From Candidatus Eiseniibacteriota bacterium (GTDB lineage Bacteria > Eisenbacteria > RBG-16-71-46 > JABDJR01): DNA of 64,000 nt. This document shows, piece by piece, positions 43,972 through 53,847 of the stretch. The notes beneath the pieces were generated by a model. That model saw nothing but the letters and a program-made list of their open reading frames with translations. It ran no database searches and was not told where the DNA came from. Both the position numbers and the translations under genes were made by a program. Positions within the stretch are counted from its first letter, which is position 1, and each line of letters starts with the position of its first letter. The DNA lies in NCBI GenBank assembly GCA_963762255.1, contig CAVXKA010000001.1, positions 1-64,000 on the forward strand. Direction: 5' to 3'.

Positions 43972-45349
43972 ATGACTCGACCGTCCGTCCTGCTCGGCGT
44001 TTGCCTGCTTGGGCTCGCGCTGCTGCCCGCCGCGGCGCTCGCTGCAGCCCCGCGTCCGGGGTCACCGGCCGTCAGCGCAGGTGCCGTCACCCGGCTTCTG
44101 GCGCCCGTGAGGGTGACCGCACCCGCCGCGAGCGCGTCGATCGGACCCGTGCGAGCCGCCGCGGGCGCCGTCATCCACGGCAGCATCACAAACCCCAACG
44201 GGTTCGCTGTCCTGCCGGCCAGGATCCACTGGATGTCGCCGGGCGGCAGTCCGCGTACCGGCTCGATGCTTGCGGACCAGTCCGGCGCCTACGCCTTCTC
44301 GGCAGTCCCCGCCGCCGCCGGAAACGGAGAGCTCTGGGCCGTCTTAGAGCCGGACAACGGCGCGTGGGAACGCGGCCACTACGGGATGACCTGGGCGGAC
44401 GGCGACGACCTGACGGTCGATCTGCGCGCCGGCGACGTCAGCGTCGCAATCTACCGCGGAGGCCCTTGGTACGCGTGGAAGAACGCCGTGCTCCAGGTCT
44501 GGACGAAGCCTGCGGACGGCAACGGGACCTGCTACACCTTGTCGGATATCAAGAGCACCGACGTAGAGGGCGATGGCTTCGCCGCCGAGCTGCCGGTGGA
44601 AGCAGGCACGGGGGATGGCGCAGTCGTCTACTTCTGGTCCAACGAGGGGATGGAGGTGCCGTTCGCCGGGGAGGTGCAGCCCGGCTCCTCGTCCGTGCCG
44701 AGCCTGACGGCATGGGAGGAATCCGCCAGCCGCGCCCGCGTGCTCGAGCCGCTGTGGAGCTCCGGACGGCCCGGCAAGGCCGTCATCCTCAACCTCGCCG
44801 GCTTCGACACGGGATGCGATCAACCAGATCCGCGGCCAGTCCGACTACCCGGGCGGCGCGACCTGGAAGAACATCACGCGCATGACCATGAAGGAGTCCG
44901 AAGCAAATCTCAAGGTCACTATCCCCAGCACGGCCAAGCCTGGCTACTTCTACTGGCTGGCCGCCGACCACATGAACGGGATGGGAGCCCTCAGGCTCCT
45001 CGTCCCCTTCCAGGTCGCCACCCTGAAGCCGACTAGCGCGAGCGTCGTCCGCGGGAGCTCGGTGAGTCTCAGCGGTGTCGTGCCGGTCAACGGCCACCGG
45101 GGCACCAAGCGCGGCACACCCAAGACGGTGACGCTGTACAAGGGGCCGAACTCCCAGCCGCAGCCCCGCACGTGGGAACCATCGCGCTCCGACTACATGA
45201 AGGTGGGCAGCTTCCGCACCGACGGCTACGGCAGGTTCCACACCTCCGCCGTGCGAGTGAACGGCACGACCACGTTCATCGTGCGCTACCCGGGAGACGC
45301 GACCTACTGGCGCGCCTACACCACGCCGGTGCTCGTGAAGGTGAAGTAG
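43972..45349 (+). CDS. Secreted hypothetical protein (paralog 2); frameshift near 44815
   Basis: SD GGAGGAGG; signal; shares VPAA..NGE, YFW.NEG.E, SG.PG, TIPSTA.PGY.YW, FQV.TLKP, SLSGVVP..KRGTPK with paralog 1. Confidence 0.75.
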
Positions 45350-45452
45350 GCTCGAAGCGCTCGTGGGTCCGACGAGGGCCGGCGCCGCTCAGCGCGGCGC
45401 CTCCCAGCTCGCCGACTCAACCTCGGTGATTCCACCCGCGCTCCCCGCCGAC

Positions 45453-46451
45453 TCACCGCCGTCGCGCCCCACCGCGCGCTACCGCGGAGACGATCAACCG
45501 CTCTACCAGATCCTCGTAGCTGATGCCATGCGCGCGCGCGGCCATCGGAACGAGGCTCGTCTCCGTCATGCCTGGAACGGTGTTGGCCTCCAGGAAGTAC
45601 GGCCGATTCTCCGGGGTCAGCCGGAAGTCGACCCGTGCCACGCCCGCGCATCCCAAGGTCGCGAACGCGCGCTCGCCCAGGCGCGAGACCTCGGCGGCGA
45701 CCTCCGCCGGCAGCTCCGCCGGCACGACGTACCGCGTCTGCCCCTTCGTGTACTTGTGACGGTAATCGTAGAAGCCCGCCTCGGGGATGATCTCCACGAC
45801 CGGCAGCGCCTCGCCGTCCAGCACCGCCACCGTGACCTCGCGACCGGGGATGAACTCTTCCACCAACACCGCGCCGTATTGAAACGCGTCGTCCAGCGCC
45901 GCCTCCAACTCGGAGGCTTCGACCACGATGTGTACACCGACGCTCGAACCCTGAGCGTTCGGCTTCACAACCACCGGATAGCCGCCCAGCGCCTGCACGT
46001 CCACGCCAGCGGCATCGCGCCGCTCCAGGAGAATCTCTCGCGGGGAAGGCACACCCGCCGCGCGCAGCAATGCCTTCGCTCTCGACTTGTCCATGGCGAG
46101 CGCGCTCGCCAGCATCCCCGAACCGCTGTACGGCACGCCGGCCAGATCGAGCAGCGCCTGAAGCGTCCCGTCCTCTCCGATCCCTCCGTGCAGCGCCACG
46201 AACACCGCGTCGCACGTTCCGATCTCGGGGTTCTCGGCCAGAACCAGGCTTCGCTCTTCCGCTTCCGGCGGCGGGGCCTCACCGATGCGATGCTGTGCGA
46301 GATGATCCAGCTCCAGCCGCCGCCCTGCCGCGGGGTCGAGCGGCACCACCGCGTGCCCGCGCGCGGAAAGCGCCTTCGCCACCCCGCGTCCGGTGGCAAG
46401 ACTCACGTCCCGCTCCATACTGCTGCCGCCCATGAGCACGACCACCCGCAT
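45453..46451 (-). CDS. ddl: D-alanine--D-alanine ligase
   Basis: GGSSMERDVSL, LHGGIGEDG, MDK, KPNAQGSSVG, YDYRHKY, RVDF, EANTVPGMT. Confidence 0.95.
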   Translation of the reverse strand: MRVVVLMGGSSMERDVSLATGRGVAKALSARGHAVVPLDPAAGRRLELDHLAQHRIGEAPPPEAEERSLVLAENPEIGTCDAVFVALHGGIGEDGTLQALLDLAGVPYSGSGMLASALAMDKSRAKALLRAAGVPSPREILLERRDAAGVDVQALGGYPVVVKPNAQGSSVGVHIVVEASELEAALDDAFQYGAVLVEEFIPGREVTVAVLDGEALPVVEIIPEAGFYDYRHKYTKGQTRYVVPAELPAEVAAEVSRLGERAFATLGCAGVARVDFRLTPENRPYFLEANTVPGMTETSLVPMAARAHGISYEDLVERLIVSAVARGGARRR

Positions 46452-46452
46452 G

Positions 46453-46953
46453 CTAGCTCTCGCCTCCCTCGATCGAAACCAATGCCACCGCTGAAGCCGC
46501 CGCGCCCTCACCGCGTCCGATGAAGCCCATACCTTCGGTGGTCGTGGCTTTCACCGAGACGCATTCGCCCGGCACGCCGAGAGCTTCCGCCAACCGCGCC
46601 CGCATCGCCTCGACGTGCGGTGCGATCTTCGGGTGCTCGAGGTAGAGCGTGCAGTCCACCTGCTCGGCGCGCGCGCGTCGTCCCGCCAGGAGCCCCACCG
46701 TCCGGCGCAGGAGATCGATGCTGTCCGCGCCGCGCCATTGTTCGTCCGATGGCGGGAAGTGCCGGCCGAGATCCCCCAGCGCGACCGCGCCCAGGAGCGC
46801 GTCGATCACCGCGTGGGTGAGTACGTCGGCGTCGGAGTGTCCCTCCAATCCCTGGCCGTGCGGGACGCGCACCCCGCCGAGAATCAGCGGCCGCCCGGTG
46901 ATGAAGCGATGCGCGTCGAACCCGTGTCCCACGCGAAACGGCAACCCGCTCAT
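46453..46953 (-). CDS. ispF: MECDP synthase
   Basis: RVGHGFDAH, GHSDADV, GDLGRHFP, SVKATTTE. Confidence 0.96.
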   Translation of the reverse strand: MSGLPFRVGHGFDAHRFITGRPLILGGVRVPHGQGLEGHSDADVLTHAVIDALLGAVALGDLGRHFPPSDEQWRGADSIDLLRRTVGLLAGRRARAEQVDCTLYLEHPKIAPHVEAMRARLAEALGVPGECVSVKATTTEGMGFIGRGEGAAASAVALVSIEGGES

Positions 46954-47005
46954 GATCGCCTCCGCCCGTTCCGCGGGCCGCGGTCCCCTCCGACCCCGGC
47001 GCCGC

Positions 47006-47707
47006 TCATTCCCGATACCCCCGCATGCGCAGGATCGCCTCGGCGAGGAGGAGATCGCTCGGCACGGTGATCTTGATGTTGGTCACTTCGCCCTCGACCC
47101 AGGACACCGGATGATTGATGCGCAAGACGAGGGACGCTTCGTCGGTGCCCCTGAAGTGCTCCGCCCGCGCGCGCTGATGCGCGTACTCGAGGACCGGCCG
47201 ATGAAAGCCCTGGGGCGTCTGCACCGCGAGCAGCTCGGAGCGATCCACGTAGGCCTTGAGCCAGGTTTCATATCCCACGCGGGCCACGCTGTCACGCAAC
47301 GGAAGCGCAGGCACCAGCGACTCGCCGCCGTCCAGCCGGTCGAGCACGCGGCGGATCAGATCGCGCGACACCAGCGGCCGCGCCGCATCGTGAACGACGA
47401 TCCAGTGCGGCTTGCCGCCCAGCGCATCGATGCCGTTGAACACCGAGTCCTGCCGCTCCGCTCCACCCGCCACCAGATCGACGTCGCGCTGCAAGTGCAG
47501 CGGCGCGATCACCTGCTCTCGGAACAGGGCCTCGCTGCCGGGGGGCACCACGACCACGCGCTCCACGATCTCGTGGAAGTCGTCGAAGGCCAGCAAGGTC
47601 CACGCAAGAAGAGGATGACCCAGGAGAGGCACCAACGCCTTGGGCTCCGGGCGCCCCAGACGTTCGCCGCGCCCAGCGGCCACGATCACCAGACCGACGT
47701 CGTTCAT
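47006..47707 (-). CDS. ispD: MEP cytidylyltransferase
   Basis: VAAGRGERLG..K, GGAERQDSV, VHDAARP, VQTPQGF, NIKIT. Confidence 0.95.
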   Translation of the reverse strand: MNDVGLVIVAAGRGERLGRPEPKALVPLLGHPLLAWTLLAFDDFHEIVERVVVVPPGSEALFREQVIAPLHLQRDVDLVAGGAERQDSVFNGIDALGGKPHWIVVHDAARPLVSRDLIRRVLDRLDGGESLVPALPLRDSVARVGYETWLKAYVDRSELLAVQTPQGFHRPVLEYAHQRARAEHFRGTDEASLVLRINHPVSWVEGEVTNIKITVPSDLLLAEAILRMRGYRE

Positions 47708-49200
47708 CGCTCGCGTCCTCCAGGCATCTGTGCGTGCGCCCGCCGAGGCCCACCCGCCGACCCGCGTCCACCGCCCGCCATCCCTCGTCCGCCACCCGGC
47801 GCGTCGCGATGCCCCGACCGCGGCGCCCCCGATATCCCCAGCGCCTTCTCCAACGCCTCGTCCACCCGCGCCACCGGCACGAGCGTGAGCGGGGCCGCCT
47901 CCATTTCCTTGACCGCGCGGGCCGGAACGATCGCCTGCGTGAAGCCGAGCTTGGACGCCTCGTGCAGGCGATGCTGCAATTGCCCTACCCGACGGACCTC
48001 GCCGCCCAAACCGACCTCGCCCACCACCACTGTACGCCCGTCCAACGGAATGTCGTGATACGAGGAGGCGACCGCCATCGCCACCGCGAGGTCGATCGCG
48101 GGCTCGACGACTCGGAACCCTCCCGCCACGCTCACGAACACGTCGCTGGTCGAGAAGTCCAACCCGGCGCGCTTCTCGAGCACGGCCAACAGCACCGCGA
48201 GCCGGCGCGCGTCCACCCCGGTGGCCACGCGACGCGGCACGCTGAACCCGGCGCTGCCGACCAGTGCCTGCACTTCGAGCAGGATCGGCCGCGTCCCCTC
48301 CAGAGCGGGCGAGACCGCCGATCCCGACATGCCCTCGCGGCGTTCCTCCAATAGGAACTCCGAAGGATTCGAGACCGCTCGTAATCCATCGTCCCCCATC
48401 TCGAACACGCCGACTTCGTGGGTCGGACCGAACCGGTTCTTGGCCGCCCGGAACAGTCGATAGTGATGATAGCGGTCGCCTTCGAGGTAGAGCACCGCGT
48501 CCACCATGTGCTCCATGACGCGCGGGCCGGCCACCATGCCTTCCTTGGTCACATGCCCGACCAGGATGACCGGGATCTGCGAGCGCTTGGCGAGTTCCAG
48601 AAAGTAGAGCGTGTTGTCGCGCACCTGGGCCACGCTTCCCGGCGCGCTGTCCGCCTCCGCGCTGTGCAGCGTCTGCACCGAGTCGACGATGATCACGTCC
48701 GGAGAAGCGGCCTCCAACGCCGGCGCCACCGTCTCCACCCGGGTCGAAGCGAGCACTTGCAGGCGCTCGTCGATCCCGCCGAGTCGCCGGCTGCGCAAAC
48801 GGAGTTGGCGCTCCGATTCCTCCGCGCTGACGTAGAGCACCACGAGACCCTGCGCGGCGTAGGCCGACGCCGCCTGCAAGAGCAGCGTGGACTTCCCCAC
48901 TCCGGGATCGCCGGCCACGAGCACGAGGCTCCCCGGCACCAACCCTCCGCCCAGCACGCGGTCGAACTCCTCGATGCCGGTGCGATAGCGGGGGAGGTTC
49001 TCGGCGTCGATGTCGCCCAGCGCCTTGACCGTCGGGGACTGCGCACCGGCCGGTGAACCGCCCCAGGCGCGCCCTCGCGTGGGGGCTTCGACCTGGCGCT
49101 CCTCGAGCGAGTTCCAGGCCTTGCAGCCGGGACACTGTCCCATCCACTTGGGGGCGATGTGGCCGCACTCGCGGCAGACGAAGCGCGACTTGACCTTCAT
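47704..49200 (-). CDS. radA: DNA repair protein RadA/Sms
   Basis: CRECG..CPGC, GDPGVGKST, KNRFG. Confidence 0.96.
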   Translation of the reverse strand: MKVKSRFVCRECGHIAPKWMGQCPGCKAWNSLEERQVEAPTRGRAWGGSPAGAQSPTVKALGDIDAENLPRYRTGIEEFDRVLGGGLVPGSLVLVAGDPGVGKSTLLLQAASAYAAQGLVVLYVSAEESERQLRLRSRRLGGIDERLQVLASTRVETVAPALEAASPDVIIVDSVQTLHSAEADSAPGSVAQVRDNTLYFLELAKRSQIPVILVGHVTKEGMVAGPRVMEHMVDAVLYLEGDRYHHYRLFRAAKNRFGPTHEVGVFEMGDDGLRAVSNPSEFLLEERREGMSGSAVSPALEGTRPILLEVQALVGSAGFSVPRRVATGVDARRLAVLLAVLEKRAGLDFSTSDVFVSVAGGFRVVEPAIDLAVAMAVASSYHDIPLDGRTVVVGEVGLGGEVRRVGQLQHRLHEASKLGFTQAIVPARAVKEMEAAPLTLVPVARVDEALEKALGISGAPRSGHRDAPGGGRGMAGGGRGSAGGPRRAHAQMPGGRER

Positions 49201-49335
49201 TCCGACTCCCTTCCGACGGGATCACCGGCGGGTTGGAGGGAGTTTAGGCTATGGACGCGGGGGCGGGAAGCGCGCGCTGCGCCGCCTCGCGGATCGCGCT
49301 CGCCGCGCCGCCTTCCCGATCGCGCGCGTCGCGCA

Positions 49336-50238
49336 CTAGAACACGCTGACTTTGAAGTACCGGCGCGGGTTCTGCTTGACGTCGTTGAGCAGCGCGCGAG
49401 TGTCCTGCACGGTGATCACCAGCTCGTCGTAGAGCGCCCGGTCGTGAATCACTTGCGAGAGAGTTCCCTGCGAAGAGTCCACCGTGGCAATCATGGCGTC
49501 CATGTGCCCCAGGGTCTGCTGCAGCATCACCAGGGTGGTGTCGAGCCGGCCCGAGGCCTTGGCGGCGCCATCCAGGAGCTGCCCCAATTCGTCGCCGCGT
49601 CCATCCATACCGACGCGCAATTCGTGGGTCGCCGCCTGCATATCTTTGAGCATCACCGCGATGTCGTCGTGATTGCGCTCGAGGATCTGCGCGAGCTGCT
49701 CGGTGAGCCGCTCGGTGTTCTGGAGGGTGCGGGTAAGCACTTCCTGGTCGCCCTGGTCGAACGCCGCAAGAAGCGTGTCGAGGCGCGTCGCCAGCCGCTC
49801 GAAGGTCGCGAGACTTCCCCCCAGGCTCGACATGAGCTGCGGAATGCCGGCCTGGTACTCGCCCTGCAACACCGAGCCGGGCGGGAGCACCTCGGCGGGC
49901 GGACCCGGATACACCGCCACCAGCTTCTGTCCCATGATCCCGACGTTCTCGAGCACGACCCGGGTGTTCGGATAGAGCTTGATGCTCTCGTCGAGCTGCA
50001 TGGTGACCACCGAGCGTCCGTTCTCGAACGTGATGGCGGCCACCTTCCCCGAGGGCACGCCCTGCACCTCGACCGGGTCCCCCTTGATGAGCCCGCTCGC
50101 GGTGGCGAACTCCACCTTCATCTCGTAGGTGGTCCCGCGAATCTTGAAATCCTTGAACCAGAGCACGCCCCAGATGAGGACGATGATGGCCAGGATGAAG
50201 ACGACACCGACCTGGACTTGGTATCGCTGCTCGGACAT
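49336..50238 (-). CDS. mlaD: MCE/MlaD family protein
   Basis: N-terminal TM, SGLIKGDPVEVQGV, coiled region, DVKQNPRRY. Confidence 0.88.
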   Translation of the reverse strand: MSEQRYQVQVGVVFILAIIVLIWGVLWFKDFKIRGTTYEMKVEFATASGLIKGDPVEVQGVPSGKVAAITFENGRSVVTMQLDESIKLYPNTRVVLENVGIMGQKLVAVYPGPPAEVLPPGSVLQGEYQAGIPQLMSSLGGSLATFERLATRLDTLLAAFDQGDQEVLTRTLQNTERLTEQLAQILERNHDDIAVMLKDMQAATHELRVGMDGRGDELGQLLDGAAKASGRLDTTLVMLQQTLGHMDAMIATVDSSQGTLSQVIHDRALYDELVITVQDTRALLNDVKQNPRRYFKVSVF

Positions 50239-50247
50239 CGGGCTCTC

Positions 50248-51039
50248 CTACCTCCGCCGCGCACCGGCGGGGCCGGGACGTGCGGCGCGATCGGGCTCGC
50301 TGGTGAGCGGACCTTCAGCCGACGCGGTGATGAACTGGCGAACCACCGGGTCGTCGCTCTTCTGAATCTCCTCGGGGGTGCCGTCGAAATAGATCTTGCC
50401 GTCGTGCAGCAGGGTGAGGCGATCCCCCACGAAATAGGCGCTGTGCAGATCGTGGGTCACCACGATCGAGGTCACCCGCAGCCGCTTCTGCATCTCGCGG
50501 ATGAGCTCGTTGATCTGCTGCGCGGTCACCGGATCGAGCCCGGTCGTGGGCTCGTCGTAAAGAATGTATTCGGGCTCCATGGCGATGGCCCGCGCCAGCC
50601 CGACGCGCTTGCGCATGCCGCCCGAGAGATCCGAGGGCTTCTTGATTTCCGCCCCGGCGAGCCCCACCATGTCGAGCTTCTCGGCCACGATCGCCGCGAT
50701 CTCCGCCGGGCTCTTCTTGGTGTGCTCGCGCAGGGCAAGCCCCACGTTCTCCCCCACCGTCATCGAGTCGAAGAGCGCCGCTCCCTGGAAGAGCATGCCG
50801 AACTTCTTGCGCAGCTCCGCGAGATCGTTGTACTTGAGCCGCGTGACCTCCTGCCCGTCCACCGACACCGTGCCCCGATCGGGCTTCATGAGACCGATGA
50901 TGTGCTTCAAGAGCACGCTCTTGCCGGTGCCGGAGCGGCCCAGCACCACGATGCACTCACCCTTGCGGATATCGAGATCGATGCCGTCGAGGACGGTCAG
51001 CGGCCCGAATCGCTTGTGAAGATCGCGGATCTCGATCAC
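50248..51039 (-). CDS. mlaF: MlaF/Mkl ABC ATPase
   Basis: GRSGTGKS, FQGAALFDS, LSGGMRKRVGLARA, YDEPTTGLDP. Confidence 0.92.
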   Translation of the reverse strand: MIEIRDLHKRFGPLTVLDGIDLDIRKGECIVVLGRSGTGKSVLLKHIIGLMKPDRGTVSVDGQEVTRLKYNDLAELRKKFGMLFQGAALFDSMTVGENVGLALREHTKKSPAEIAAIVAEKLDMVGLAGAEIKKPSDLSGGMRKRVGLARAIAMEPEYILYDEPTTGLDPVTAQQINELIREMQKRLRVTSIVVTHDLHSAYFVGDRLTLLHDGKIYFDGTPEEIQKSDDPVVRQFITASAEGPLTSEPDRAARPGPAGARRR

Positions 51040-51051
51040 GGTTTCGGTTTC

Positions 51052-51900
51052 CTATACCGGCGCGAAGATGATGCGGAAGATGACCTCCGCCAGGAAGTAG
51101 TCCGCCACCAGGATCAGCACGCAGCTCGCCACAACGGCCTTCGTGGTGGCGATCCCGACCCCCTCCGCACCGCCCGTGGTCTGGAACCCGTAGTAGCACC
51201 CCTCGATGGCGATGATGGTGCCGAAGACGAAGGACTTGAGAAGCCCGCCATAGATGTCGTCGGGGTTGAAGAGGATCTTCATGCCCCGCGTGAACATGTC
51301 GGTGGAGATGCCGACCCGCGTCACCGCCACCGTCATGCCGCCGAGGATGGCGATGGTGTTGGCGAACACGGTGACGACGGGGAGCATGAAGAACGCGGCC
51401 ACCAGCCGCGGCACCGCAAGGAACCGCACCGGGCGGATGGCCAGGGTCTCGAGCGCGTCCACCTGCTCGGTCACCCGCATGGTGCCGATCTCGGCCGCGA
51501 ACGAGGCCCCCACGCGGGCGCCGACCACGAGCGCGGTCAGGACGGGGCCGAGTTCGATGAAGACCGACTTCGCGATGAACGTGCCGACGAAGACGAGCGG
51601 CACCGCTCCCTGAAACTGATAGGCGCTCTGCAGCGCGGACACGCCGCCCACGAAGAGCGAGGTCAGAAAGACGAGCGGGAGCGAGCCCACCCCGATGAAG
51701 CGGGCCTGGGCCATGATCAGGCGGAAGTAGCGCAACCCGGGCAGGAGTTCGCGGGTCAGCTCGATCAGGAAGAGCGCGAAGCGCCCCGCGGCCGATACCG
51801 ACCCCGCCACCGTCGTACCCACCCAGCGCAAGGGCGCGTACCACGCGGTCGCCCACTCAGCGTCCCGGACTTCTGCCAACGCGTTCCCTTTCGTTGCCAT
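51052..51900 (-). CDS. mlaE: MlaE permease
   Basis: ELGPVLTALV..AEIGTMRVTEQVDAL..PR; GGAEGVG.ATT. Confidence 0.92.
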   Translation of the reverse strand: MATKGNALAEVRDAEWATAWYAPLRWVGTTVAGSVSAAGRFALFLIELTRELLPGLRYFRLIMAQARFIGVGSLPLVFLTSLFVGGVSALQSAYQFQGAVPLVFVGTFIAKSVFIELGPVLTALVVGARVGASFAAEIGTMRVTEQVDALETLAIRPVRFLAVPRLVAAFFMLPVVTVFANTIAILGGMTVAVTRVGISTDMFTRGMKILFNPDDIYGGLLKSFVFGTIIAIEGCYYGFQTTGGAEGVGIATTKAVVASCVLILVADYFLAEVIFRIIFAPV

Positions 51901-52009
51901 CCGTAATTAGATCGGCACGGCGGGGGGGAAGTTCCAGCCGCGCCGCTCCCGCGAGCATAACGGCAATCGGGGCAAGTGGGTAAGCCCGGGAGCGGGGGCG
52001 TAAACCGCC

Positions 52010-53353
52010 CTAAATCGAGGGTTCCTGCGCCGACGTGAAGCTCTCGAACCGGGTGTAGTCGGCGATGAAGGCCACCTTCACCACCCCCACCGGGCCGTTG
52101 CGCTGCTTGCCGATGATGATCTCGCCCATGCCCTCGTTCTCGTCGAGCCGCCGGTAGTGCTCTTCGCGGTAGACGAAGCAGACGAGGTCGGCGTCCTGCT
52201 CGATGGCGCCCGACTCGCGCAGGTCGCTCAGCATCGGCCGGTGATCGGTGCGCGCCTCCACCGCACGCGAGAGCTGGGAGAGCGCCAGCACCGGAACTTT
52301 AAGTTCCTTGGCCAGGGCCTTGAGACCCCGCGAGATCTCGCTGATCTCCTGCTGGCGGCTCTCGATCTTGCCGCTCCCACGCATGAGCTGCATGTAGTCG
52401 ACGACGATGAGGCCCAGGTCGCACTCGTTCTTGAGGCGGCGGGCCTTGGCCCTCATCTCGAGCACGCTCATCGACGCGGAGTCGTCGATGTAGATCGGGG
52501 CCTCGAAGAGTTCCCCCGCGGCGGTGTTGAGGAGGGGCCACTCCTTGCCCTGGAGGTATCCGGTCCGCAGCCGGTGCGCGCTCACGCGCGCCTCGCTGCA
52601 CAGGAGCCGCACCAGGAGCTGCTCCGTGGCCATTTCCAGACTGAAGATCCCCACGCCGCGTTTCCCGCGCAGCGCCACGTGCGAAGCGATGTTGAGCGCC
52701 AGCGAGGTCTTTCCCATCGACGGCCGGCCTGCGAGAACGATGAAGTCCCCGTTCTGGAAGCCGCTGGTCATGTGATCCAGGTCGACGAATCCGGTGGCGA
52801 GCCCGGTGACGGACGCCTTCTCCTCGTAGAGTTTCTCGATCCGCTTGATGGTGGAGGCCATCAAATCCTGGACGCGCACGAACCCCTTGCGCACCCGCGC
52901 GTCCGAGATGTCGAACATCGCGCGCTCGGCCTCGTCGAGCAGATCGGCCGCGTTGTCGCGACCGTCGAAAGCGCGGGAGGCCATCTCGGTCGAGACCTCG
53001 ATCAGCCGCCGCAGGATCGCCTTCTCTTTGATGATCTGGGCGTGGTACTCGACGTTTGCGGAGGTGGCGACCGTGTCCATGAGCCCGGCGAGGTACGTGG
53101 CGCCGCCCACCGACTCGAAGTCGCCCTGGCGACGCAGCTCGTCCGCCACCGTGATGGCGTCGATGGCGTCCTCCTTGCGCTGCCACAAGGTGACCAGAGC
53201 GTTGAAGATGCGCCGATGCGCGGGGCGATAGAACGCGCTCTCCTCGATCACCTCCAGCGCGCGGGCAAGAGCCTTCGAGTCGAGGAGCGCGGCCCCCAGC
53301 ACGGAGCGTTCGGCTTCGAGCGCCTGAGGTGGCACACGCAAGCCCTCGCCCAT
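52010..53353 (-). CDS. dnaB: Replicative DNA helicase
   Basis: PPQALEAERSVLG, AGRPSMGKT, FSLEM, VDYMQL, SDLRESGAIEQDAD, KQRNGP. Confidence 0.97.
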   Translation of the reverse strand: MGEGLRVPPQALEAERSVLGAALLDSKALARALEVIEESAFYRPAHRRIFNALVTLWQRKEDAIDAITVADELRRQGDFESVGGATYLAGLMDTVATSANVEYHAQIIKEKAILRRLIEVSTEMASRAFDGRDNAADLLDEAERAMFDISDARVRKGFVRVQDLMASTIKRIEKLYEEKASVTGLATGFVDLDHMTSGFQNGDFIVLAGRPSMGKTSLALNIASHVALRGKRGVGIFSLEMATEQLLVRLLCSEARVSAHRLRTGYLQGKEWPLLNTAAGELFEAPIYIDDSASMSVLEMRAKARRLKNECDLGLIVVDYMQLMRGSGKIESRQQEISEISRGLKALAKELKVPVLALSQLSRAVEARTDHRPMLSDLRESGAIEQDADLVCFVYREEHYRRLDENEGMGEIIIGKQRNGPVGVVKVAFIADYTRFESFTSAQEPSI

Positions 53354-53499
53354 CGTGTCGCGCAGTTGACTATCGGTGGTGCTCAAGCGGAATCCCCCAT
53401 CTCCCCGCGACCTGCCGTTGGTGCGGGAACACCGCGCGAATCTAGAAGACGGGGGAAGGACTGACAAATGATAACCCCGACCGGTCGCGCGATGCGGGG

Positions 53500-53760
53500 G
53501 AAGGTTGTGGATAGGAGATGGTTGAAATCAGCGCGGGGCGGCGCGAGCCATCCCGGGCCCGATCCGTGAAGAATTGTCACCATCACTCCTTTTTCCACTT
53601 CTCCCCCACCGAATGGGGAAAACCCGCGCGGTGGGTCGGCACGGATTCTGGTTTTGGGGGCCGCTTCGTAACCGATTGAACTACAATACGTTAAGAACAA
53701 CGTGTTGCAGGGTCGCAGGCCGTCGCAACCACGGACTGCGGAAAACCCGGTGGATAATGG
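53500..53760. promoter_or_regulatory. DnaA-box cluster with AT-rich IHF-like element
   Basis: Five 1-mismatch TTWTNCACA matches at 53506, 53591, 53614, 53737 and 53749; TAACCGATTGAACTACAATACGTTA at 53669-53693. Confidence 0.6.
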
Positions 53761-53847
53761 GGTTAGTGGACCGGGTTAACAAGGCGAGTCAGGCGCTCAG
53801 CTTTCGGCTCGGGCCCGGGCGCGACTGCAACATGTCCGCAATCTCTT

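Noticed and set aside
1-45349. Frameshifts as pseudogenes or programmed frameshifting
   Set aside because: They affect most long genes, including recQ, hemH and rlmKL, without in-frame stops or slippery motifs; long-read indel error is the simpler explanation.
49159-51906. Long antisense ORFs (this 915-aa one, also 9827-11641 and 62107-63936)
   Set aside because: Shadow ORFs of high-GC coding genes with no motifs of their own.
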